A stretch of DNA of 64,000 nt. Origin: Planctomycetaceae bacterium. GTDB taxonomy: Bacteria > Planctomycetota > PLA2. The notes under the pieces are model-generated. The model saw nothing but the letters and a program-made list of their open reading frames with translations, did not search any database and was not told the origin of the DNA. Positions 35,131 through 42,237 of the stretch are shown piece by piece. Position 1 is the stretch's first letter. Each line of letters starts with the position of its first letter. Location: NCBI GenBank assembly GCA_011525755.1, contig WYBS01000069.1:5196-69195 (forward strand). The letters run 5' to 3'. A program made the translations under genes and the position numbers.

Positions 35131-36087
35131 CTAGTCCCCCGAGCGGTTGAGGACGAGCGAGAACTCGCCCTCGTGCGGCTGGTCGGGGGCCTGGATGTTG
35201 AGGATCAGCTGGAGCGTCCCCGACGCGGGCATCACGCCGTTGAAGTTGGTGCCGATCCGGAAGATCGTGCCCTTCGGGCCCACGCGCGCGGCGAGCGTCC
35301 CGACCATCATCCCGTTCATCATGCCCATGTTCTGGTTGCCGTCGGGCGTGAATGCCTGGCCCCAGTTCGGGAAGAAGATCGTGCCCGTCGCCTGGATCTT
35401 CAGCCGCTCCCCCTTCTCCACCTTGATCTTCGTGTCGAGCCATCCGTTCGGCCAGCAGTTCGTGCCGGCGACCGTGATCTTCCGCGCGTCGTCCGGCGCG
35501 GCGGAGCGGATGCCCTCCACGTCGCCGCGCTTCACGACGAGCGGCCCGAGCTCCTTCACGTTCACCTTGAACGCGTCGAGCTGGATCTGCCCGAGCACGC
35601 TGAAGCGGACCGTATCGACCTGGTCGTCGTCCGTCATGACGACATCGTCGTCCGGATCGAGCTCCTTGAGGATCTCCGCGGCGATGCGCTTCACCTCCGG
35701 ATCGCCGTGCGTCTTCGCGGCCGCGCGCAGCGACGGCACCGCGAACACGCCCTCCTGCACGATCGACGCGCGCGCGTGGTTGCGCCGCTCCGGCTCGGCC
35801 GCGCCGAGGTTCCTCAGCGCCGCCTCCACCTTCGCGAGCCGCTCCGGCTGCGCGCGGCGGCCGAACCGCACGCGCCTTATCTCGACCACCGGCACCGTGA
35901 GATCGCCGAACGCGGTCGCGACCTTCCAGCTCGTGGGCTCGAGCTTCCCGACGAGCACGCTCCCGCTGCGAAGCTCGACGGCGTGGGGCGGGGGCTCGTC
36001 GGGGGCGGGGGCGGGCGCCTCCTCGTCCTGCGCGCGGACCGCGCCGAGGAGGATCAGGGGGGCGAGGGGGGCAAGGAACCGTCTCAT
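35131..36087 (-). CDS. Secreted HEAT-like / PA-IL (LecA)-like lectin-domain protein
   Basis: Start MRRFLAPLAPLILLGAVRAQDE (signal peptide); the ATG overlaps the upstream stop (ATGA). The C-terminal ~120 aa (WLDTKIKVEKGERLKIQATGTIFF...PDGN...GTLAARVG...FRIGTNF..V.PASGTLQLILN) resembles the PA-IL/LecA-like fold pattern. Confidence 0.7.
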   Translation of the reverse strand: MRRFLAPLAPLILLGAVRAQDEEAPAPAPDEPPPHAVELRSGSVLVGKLEPTSWKVATAFGDLTVPVVEIRRVRFGRRAQPERLAKVEAALRNLGAAEPERRNHARASIVQEGVFAVPSLRAAAKTHGDPEVKRIAAEILKELDPDDDVVMTDDDQVDTVRFSVLGQIQLDAFKVNVKELGPLVVKRGDVEGIRSAAPDDARKITVAGTNCWPNGWLDTKIKVEKGERLKIQATGTIFFPNWGQAFTPDGNQNMGMMNGMMVGTLAARVGPKGTIFRIGTNFNGVMPASGTLQLILNIQAPDQPHEGEFSLVLNRSGD

Positions 36088-37277
36088 CGATTCTCCTTCG
36101 GCTCCTCGGGCCTCCCGTCTGGACCGGGCAGCGGCACGGGGATCTTCTCCGTGGCCTCCTGCGCCCGGGGCCGCTTGTCCAGCGCGACCTCGATCTCGAT
36201 CTCCTTGCCCTCGCGGGACACCTTGAGCTTCACCGTGTCGTCCGCCCGCCTGCGGCCGATCTCGAACCGGAGCCCGAACGCGTGCGGGACCGGGGCGCCG
36301 TCCACCGCGAGGACCAGGTCGCCCTTCCGGAGCCCCGCCTTTGCGGCGGCCGTCTCCGGGACGATGTCGGTGATCAGCGCGCCCGGCCCGGGCCGGTCCT
36401 GGTCCGTCGTGACGCCGAGGAACGCGGCCTCGAGCTCGACACCTTCCTTCCCGAGCCGGCGGATGAGCGCCTGCGGGTCGGGGATCGGGGCCACGAAGCC
36501 GATGCCCGAGTCGTACCAGTTCGGGTTCGCGGCCTCGCCCCCCGCGCCGAGGGGCACGATGATGCCGTAGACGCGCCCCTCGAGGTCCACGAGCGGGCCG
36601 CCGTAGTTCGAGGGCGACGTCGCGGCGTCCGTCTGGAGCGCGTTGCCCTCGATCCGGTTCTTCGCGGAGATGATCCCGTACTTCACGTCGGCGAGCCGGT
36701 CGAGCGCGCGGCCGACCGCGAAGGCCCAGGCGCCCACGGCCACGTCCTGCGGGTCGAGGAAGGTCGCGGGCGGGAGTCCCCCGCGCTCGATCTTCAGCAG
36801 CGCGAGCCCGGCCGCGCGGTCGATGCCGAGAAGCTTCGCGGCCGTCGTTTTCCCGTCCGCCGTCGTCACGGTGACGACGGTCGGGTTGCTCTCGAAGTTC
36901 CACGCGGAGGTCACGACGTAGCCGTCCGCGGAGAGGATCACGCCGGTCGTCGGCCCCTCCGCCTTCTGGAACCCGGGCAGCGCGAGCATCTTCTTGAACT
37001 CGTCGCCGAAGCGAGGCGTGCGACCCTCGGGCGCCGGTTCCTCCTCCTCCTTCGGCTCGCCCTCCTTGGGCGCGTCCTTCTCGTCGCGCGGCCGCGCGGG
37101 CACGGTCATCTTCTCGCCGGGGCTCCCGGGGAGGTCCGCGGGGCGCACGCCGCCGACGGTCTCGATCGTCACGACCGAGGCGTCGACGGCGCGGAGCGCG
37201 TTCTCGATCGCGACCTCGAGGGCGAGGATCTCGTCCGGGTTCTCGGGGGCGAGGAGGAGCAGGAGCGCGAGGATCAC
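36084..37277 (-). CDS. HtrA-like trypsin-fold + PDZ protein, catalytic triad lost (pseudo-protease 2)
   Basis: GTG start overlaps the upstream stop (GTGA). Aligned by eye to the intact paralog: His site TSAWNF (W for H), Asp site AAGLALLKI (G for D), Ser site SNYGGPL (Y for S). PDZ-like C-terminus (GALITDIVPETAAAKAGLRKGDLVLAVDG). Confidence 0.8.
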   Translation of the reverse strand: MILALLLLLAPENPDEILALEVAIENALRAVDASVVTIETVGGVRPADLPGSPGEKMTVPARPRDEKDAPKEGEPKEEEEPAPEGRTPRFGDEFKKMLALPGFQKAEGPTTGVILSADGYVVTSAWNFESNPTVVTVTTADGKTTAAKLLGIDRAAGLALLKIERGGLPPATFLDPQDVAVGAWAFAVGRALDRLADVKYGIISAKNRIEGNALQTDAATSPSNYGGPLVDLEGRVYGIIVPLGAGGEAANPNWYDSGIGFVAPIPDPQALIRRLGKEGVELEAAFLGVTTDQDRPGPGALITDIVPETAAAKAGLRKGDLVLAVDGAPVPHAFGLRFEIGRRRADDTVKLKVSREGKEIEIEVALDKRPRAQEATEKIPVPLPGPDGRPEEPKENR

Positions 37278-38311
37278 GGCTTTGCCTCCAGTTTCACGGC
37301 GATCACCTTCACCTCGGCCTTGCGCTTGATCGTCAGCTGCGCGGTCTCGCCCGCGCGGTACTTGGCCATCATCTTGTCGAACGTCTTCCAGTTCTTCACC
37401 GCGGTCCGGTCGATCTTCAGCACGAGGTCGTCGGGAAGGACCCCGGCCCGGGCCGCCGGCGAACCCGGCGCGACGCGGTCGACGTAGGCGGGGGTCGCGA
37501 GGTTGATCCCGGCCCGGAGGACCGTGATCCCGTGATAGCCGGGTTCCCCGGGCCCCTCCGCATCCTCTTCCGTGTCGCCCGACCCGGTGTAGATCCTGCC
37601 CGCGTCCGGCCGCGCGACCGTGTCCTCGAGGAAGGGCTTCAGGTCGTCGATCGGGATCGCGTAGTGGAGCTGGACGTTCGTCTCCCTGCTCTCGACGAGC
37701 GTGCCGCTGATGCCGATCACCTCGCCTTCGAGGTTCACGAGCGGCCCGCCGTACACGCCGGGGTTGTTCATCGCGTCGTGGAGGATCACGTCGCCCGGGT
37801 AGTCGAAGTCGTCGGAGAGCCCGGCGCGCATCGAGGGCCTCGTGATCGCGCTCACGACGCCGAGGTTCACCGCGCACGGCTCGCGCCCCTCGGCGACGCG
37901 GTAGGCGTTGCCGACGAGGAGCACGAACTGGCCCCTTCGCACCTTGTCCGACTCGCCGAGCTTCGCCGCGGGGAACTTCTCGCCCGGGTCGCCCATGAGC
38001 CGCAGCAGCACCATCTTCGACTTCCGGTCGTAGCGGACGATCTCCGCCATGCAGCGTCGGCCGTCGTCGAGGTGGCACTTGATCTGCGGCGCCTCGTCGA
38101 GCGTGACGGAGCCGCGCGTGAGGACGAGGCCGCTCTCGTGGACGATCACGCCGGTCATGTAGCCGAAGACGCCGCGGAAGCCCTTGACGCCGAACACCTT
38201 GACGACGGAGGGCTGGACGGCCTTGACCGCGGCGTCGATGCGCGGGTTGCGCGCCTCGGGGGCCGCGACCGCCAGCGTGGCGAGGAGGAGGAGGGGCGCC
38301 GTGGACCTCAT
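37274..38311 (-). CDS. HtrA-like trypsin-fold + PDZ protein, catalytic triad lost (pseudo-protease 1)
   Basis: Signal peptide MRSTAPLLLLATLAVAAPEA. His site LTRGSVT (S for H), Asp site SKMVLLRL (K for D), Ser site PGVYGGPL (Y for S). PDZ-like C-terminus (VDRVAPGSPAARAGVLPDDLVLKIDR). Confidence 0.8.
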   Translation of the reverse strand: MRSTAPLLLLATLAVAAPEARNPRIDAAVKAVQPSVVKVFGVKGFRGVFGYMTGVIVHESGLVLTRGSVTLDEAPQIKCHLDDGRRCMAEIVRYDRKSKMVLLRLMGDPGEKFPAAKLGESDKVRRGQFVLLVGNAYRVAEGREPCAVNLGVVSAITRPSMRAGLSDDFDYPGDVILHDAMNNPGVYGGPLVNLEGEVIGISGTLVESRETNVQLHYAIPIDDLKPFLEDTVARPDAGRIYTGSGDTEEDAEGPGEPGYHGITVLRAGINLATPAYVDRVAPGSPAARAGVLPDDLVLKIDRTAVKNWKTFDKMMAKYRAGETAQLTIKRKAEVKVIAVKLEAKP

Positions 38312-39927
38312 CCCTTCTGCACCCCCGTGTAGGCGATCGTCTGGAGGAGCTTCTCCTTCTCGCGGTCCCAGATCGTCACCTTGTACGGCCGCAGGAGGCC
38401 GTTCGCCTCGCGCCAGTCGTCGCAGACGAGCGAGATCCAGCGCGCCCAGTTCCGGGAGTAGACGTCGAGGCGCCGCAGGAGCCCCGTGTCGAGGTGGACG
38501 AAGTAGACGCGCTCGACGCCTTCCTTCGTCTTCGCCTCGATGCGGTCGACCGTGTCGTGGCCGACGAGCGCGCCGCCCGTGAAGTCGACCGTCGCGAAAC
38601 GCATCCGGCCGTCCTCGCCGAGGAGATCGTTCCACGCGGCCACGCGCTCGAGCATGTCCTTCGCGAGGTCGGGGTCGATCTCCCCTTCCCCGTCCCGGCC
38701 GCCCCCGGCGGTCGCCTCGCGGACGCGGCCGCCCGCCGCCACGGTCACGCGCCCCTCGGCGTAGGCCTCCTTCAGCGCGACAGGCTCGCGCCCCTCGACC
38801 GTGAGCGTCCCCTCGCGCGTCTCCGCGCCGATCGGCTGCATCGTCGCGCGGGCAGCGGCGAAGGTCCGGTCGATCTCCATGTCGAGGTAGGTGCGGGGCG
38901 GCTTCTTCATCGCCTTCCCCCGCTCGTCGACGAGCGGGATCCCGTCGAGCGTGAGCCGGTACTCGCTCTCGGTCCACTTGCCGTCCTCGAACCGCGCCGC
39001 CTTGAGCGAGATGCGACGCCCCTTGGGCTCTACCGCGATCAGGCGGGAGAACTGGTTCACCTCGGTGATCCGCTCGCCCATGAACTCCACGAGCGCGTCC
39101 CCGATCTGGATCCCCGCGTCGTGCGCGCAGCCGGGAGCGAGGAGCTTGTCGAAGGTGACGCGCACGCCGCCCGGCCACTCGGGGTCGTCGATCGAGCGCA
39201 CCGTCGCGTTGAGCGTGCCGTGCTCGACGATCTGGCCCGCGCGCATGTCCGGCAGGCAGCGCTTGATCTGGTTCGCGCTGATCGCGTAGCCGACGCCGAT
39301 GTTCACGCGGCCGCGCTCGCGGAGCGACACGCGCCCGTTGATCCCCACGACCTCGCCCCGGAAGTTGAAGAGCGGGCCGCCGCTGTTGCCGGGGTTGATC
39401 GATGCGTCGGTCTGGATGCAGTCGGGGTAGAGGAGCGTGCCGCGCATCGAGCCCGGCTGGTAGCGGTTGATGCCGCTCACGACGCCGAGCGTGATCGTCG
39501 GGCTGAAGTCGGTCGCGAGGAGGAAGGGGTTCCCCATCGCGTAGACCCAGTCCCCCTGGCGCAGCGCGTCGGAGTCGCCGAGCGGGGCGAAGGCCCACTC
39601 CCGCGTCTCCTTGAGGCGCAGCAGGGAGAGGTCGCCCGACGGGTCCACGCCGAGGACGACCGCCTCGTGGATGCGGGCGTCGTTGAGCCCGATCCGCATC
39701 TCGTTCTCGAGCTCGGTCACGTGGAAGTTCGAGAGGACGAGGCCGTCCTTCGTGATGATGACCCCCGAGCCACCGCCCGGCCCGCGGAAGACGGCGCACA
39801 CCGCCGGCGCGAGCCTCGCCGCGAGCTCGATGCGCCCCCTCTCGAGCGCCCGCGCCGTGGCGAGCGCGTCGTCGGCGGCGTCGAGGCCTGCCGCGAGGAA
39901 CGGTAGGAGGAGAAGCACCCTTCGCAT
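38308..39927 (-). CDS. HtrA/DegP-family serine protease with PDZ and an extra C-terminal domain (triad intact)
   Basis: 539 aa with a signal peptide. SNFHV (His), GDLSLLRL (Asp) and NPGNSGGPL (Ser) are all present. A PDZ-like region follows, then ~200 aa of unknown C-terminal domain. Confidence 0.9.
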   Translation of the reverse strand: MRRVLLLLPFLAAGLDAADDALATARALERGRIELAARLAPAVCAVFRGPGGGSGVIITKDGLVLSNFHVTELENEMRIGLNDARIHEAVVLGVDPSGDLSLLRLKETREWAFAPLGDSDALRQGDWVYAMGNPFLLATDFSPTITLGVVSGINRYQPGSMRGTLLYPDCIQTDASINPGNSGGPLFNFRGEVVGINGRVSLRERGRVNIGVGYAISANQIKRCLPDMRAGQIVEHGTLNATVRSIDDPEWPGGVRVTFDKLLAPGCAHDAGIQIGDALVEFMGERITEVNQFSRLIAVEPKGRRISLKAARFEDGKWTESEYRLTLDGIPLVDERGKAMKKPPRTYLDMEIDRTFAAARATMQPIGAETREGTLTVEGREPVALKEAYAEGRVTVAAGGRVREATAGGGRDGEGEIDPDLAKDMLERVAAWNDLLGEDGRMRFATVDFTGGALVGHDTVDRIEAKTKEGVERVYFVHLDTGLLRRLDVYSRNWARWISLVCDDWREANGLLRPYKVTIWDREKEKLLQTIAYTGVQKG

Positions 39928-39977
39928 GTCGCGCCCTCATGGGGCCGGCCCGCCGTCGGGGCTCGGCCGGAACCCCG

Positions 39978-41177
39978 CTATTTTCCACCCGGCGGGCTTG
40001 CCATGGCGCTGAAAACGCGCGCCTCGGCCCAGTCGCAGAAGTCGGACACGTAGGAATCGCCCGGGGCGGTCTCGAGGACCAGCCGGTCGACCCCCTTCAC
40101 GTCCAGACGCACCGCCTCGGGGGGCTCCCCCTTGCGGCGCCGGATCTCGGCGAGCACCTTGCCGTCGCCCGTGACCCGGAAGACCGCGTCCCCCTCGGCC
40201 CCCGCGGCGTCGTCGATCCCGCAGCGGGCGTAGAAGGTCTCCCAACGCCCCCCGAGCACGTACTCGAGCCTCGTGTAGGCGAGCGTGCCGAGGCCGCGCT
40301 CGTAGGCCCGCGCCCCGAGCCGGATGGGGCCGCCGAGCGCCATGCCGTCCCGCCTGTAGGACGTCGGCTGGCCGAGGAGCGTCGTCTGCCTGACGTCGAT
40401 CGGCTCGAAGTCCGAGAGGTGGGCCATGTGGTCGCCCAGGAATTCGAGCCGGTCCACGTGGTCCCGCACGACCTTGATCCCGCCACCCTCGACCGTCGTC
40501 TCGGTGATCCGCTCGAGCGGCAGCGTGACGCGCTCGCCCCCGGCGATGTGGACGCGGACGCGCACGCCCGGGGGCACCGTGCGCTCGCGGTCGGGCGTCC
40601 GGACGAAGCCGTACACGCGCGCGAACTCGATCTCCCGCCGCTGGTCCTCGACGCGCGCCACGAGCGCCGCCTCGCCGAGCTCGAGGACGCGCGCCGGCAC
40701 GGGGAACGGCTTCGTGTCGCGCTGGATGACGATCGAGTCGCGCCCCTTCTCGAGCTCCCGGTCGAAGACCTCGCCGTAGGAGGCCTGGAGCGCGCCGAGG
40801 AGGCGGCCGAAGCGGACGGCACGCACGGCGTCGAGGGGCACGGCGAGGCCGAGGACGACCGGGCTGTCGAGCCGGACCTCCTCGCCGGCGCCGGTCACCG
40901 CGCCGCGGAGGCGGTCGCCGCCGTGCAGGTGGAGGTTCATGGGGCCGTCGGCGCCGGGCGCCCGCTTCGCGGCGACCGCGGTCGCGAGGACGAGTTTCGT
41001 GACCGGGATCCGCTGCGGCTCGCCGTCCTTCACGCGGACGACGGCGGTATCGGACTCGACGGAGACGAGCGCCCCGTCGATCGCGCTGCCGTCGACGAGG
41101 ACGACCTTCCCGTCCGCGGAGGCGATCGCCGCGGCGAGGAGGACCGCCGCAGCCGCCCGGAAGGCCCCGGAGCCCAT
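39978..41177 (-). CDS. Secreted protein with C-terminal NPCBM (NEW2) carbohydrate-binding-like module
   Basis: Signal peptide MGSGAFRAAAAVLLAAAIASADG. C-terminus GARAYERGLGTLAYTRLEYVLGGRWETFYARCGIDDAAGAEGDAVFRVTGDGKVL...LVLETAPGDSYVSDFCDWAEARV follows the NPCBM pattern (G..Y.KGLG.H..S...Y.L.....F...VGIDD.....G.V.F.V..DG..L....DH.DWA.A). Confidence 0.8.
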   Translation of the reverse strand: MGSGAFRAAAAVLLAAAIASADGKVVLVDGSAIDGALVSVESDTAVVRVKDGEPQRIPVTKLVLATAVAAKRAPGADGPMNLHLHGGDRLRGAVTGAGEEVRLDSPVVLGLAVPLDAVRAVRFGRLLGALQASYGEVFDRELEKGRDSIVIQRDTKPFPVPARVLELGEAALVARVEDQRREIEFARVYGFVRTPDRERTVPPGVRVRVHIAGGERVTLPLERITETTVEGGGIKVVRDHVDRLEFLGDHMAHLSDFEPIDVRQTTLLGQPTSYRRDGMALGGPIRLGARAYERGLGTLAYTRLEYVLGGRWETFYARCGIDDAAGAEGDAVFRVTGDGKVLAEIRRRKGEPPEAVRLDVKGVDRLVLETAPGDSYVSDFCDWAEARVFSAMASPPGGK

Positions 41178-42235
41178 CACCGGTCGCCGGCGGGCTCCGT
41201 GACGCGCTTCCCCTCGGCGAGCGCCTTGTTGTACTGCTCGAGGAGCTCGCGGTACCGATCGGGGAACTGCTCCTTCAGGGCCTGGAGGACCGCCTCGCGC
41301 TCCTTGTCCCGCATCTCGCCCCACGCCTCGCCCGCCTTCTTCTTGGGGTTCGGGCGAAGGTCGCCGACGCGGCTCGCGCCGGGCGCGACGCTCGAGTTGT
41401 TCGCGGGGCCCGAGGGCTGCTGGTTGCCGCGCGGCTGGCCTCCGCCCCCGCCGCCCCCCTTGCCCTGGCCCTCCTGCTGCTCGGCCTTCTTGATGAGCTC
41501 CTCGATGATGTCGACGATCTCCTTCTGCTTCTGCTGCGTCGGCTCCCCGGTGTCGCCGCCCTCGATCTTCTTCGCGACGTGGTTCATGCGGCCGGCGAGG
41601 TCGTAGAGCGGGCTCTCCCACTCCTGCACGAGCTCGTTCTTGAGCTGCTCCATCGCCTGCTTGTAGCGCTCGGGGGCGTCGGGGTAGTCCTTCAGGAACG
41701 CGTTCGCGGCGGAGATCGCCTTCTCCTTCTCGCGCTCCTGGCCGAGGCAGACGACGAGGTAGAAGGCCGCGTCGACGTCGCAGCCCGCGAAGCGGAACTC
41801 GTTGAGCACCTGCGTGAACGCCTGCCCCGCCTCCTCGTACCGCTCGCGGTTCATCTGCGCGAGTGCGTAGCGGAAGGTCGAGTAGCCGCGCACGTACTCG
41901 TCGGCGCTCTTCATGAGCGCCTCGAAGCGCTCGACCGCGGCGCCGTACCGTTCGCTCGTGAGGAGCGCGTCGGCGCGCTGGTAGCCGGGGTTCATGAGGA
42001 GGAGCGCCTGGTGGATGCAGTCGAACTCGCCGCCGAGGAGGCCGCTCTCGCGCAGCTTCAGGACGTCCTTCTTCATCGCCTCGGCGAGCGTCGCGTCGGC
42101 CTCGATCCTCGAGAAGAAGCGGTCGATCTTTCTCTGCCGGAGCTTCTCGACGAGCTCCGAGCCCGCGGGGGCGTCGGCGCGCGCCGTGGCGAGGAGGAGG
42201 AGGGGCGCGGGGAGGAGGAGGAGGATTCTTCTCAC
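41177..42235 (-). CDS. Secreted TPR/helical protein with Gly7 low-complexity tract (BatC/BatE-like position)
   Basis: 352 aa. Signal peptide MRRILLLLPAPLLLLATARADA, TPR-like helices, then QEGQGKGGGGGGGQPRGNQQP. The C-terminal motif WGEMRDKEREAVLQALKEQFPDRYRELLEQYNKALAE recurs, as I recall, in MoxR/vWA-cluster proteins of Planctomycetes-like genomes. Confidence 0.75.
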   Translation of the reverse strand: MRRILLLLPAPLLLLATARADAPAGSELVEKLRQRKIDRFFSRIEADATLAEAMKKDVLKLRESGLLGGEFDCIHQALLLMNPGYQRADALLTSERYGAAVERFEALMKSADEYVRGYSTFRYALAQMNRERYEEAGQAFTQVLNEFRFAGCDVDAAFYLVVCLGQEREKEKAISAANAFLKDYPDAPERYKQAMEQLKNELVQEWESPLYDLAGRMNHVAKKIEGGDTGEPTQQKQKEIVDIIEELIKKAEQQEGQGKGGGGGGGQPRGNQQPSGPANNSSVAPGASRVGDLRPNPKKKAGEAWGEMRDKEREAVLQALKEQFPDRYRELLEQYNKALAEGKRVTEPAGDR

Positions 42236-42237
42236 GG

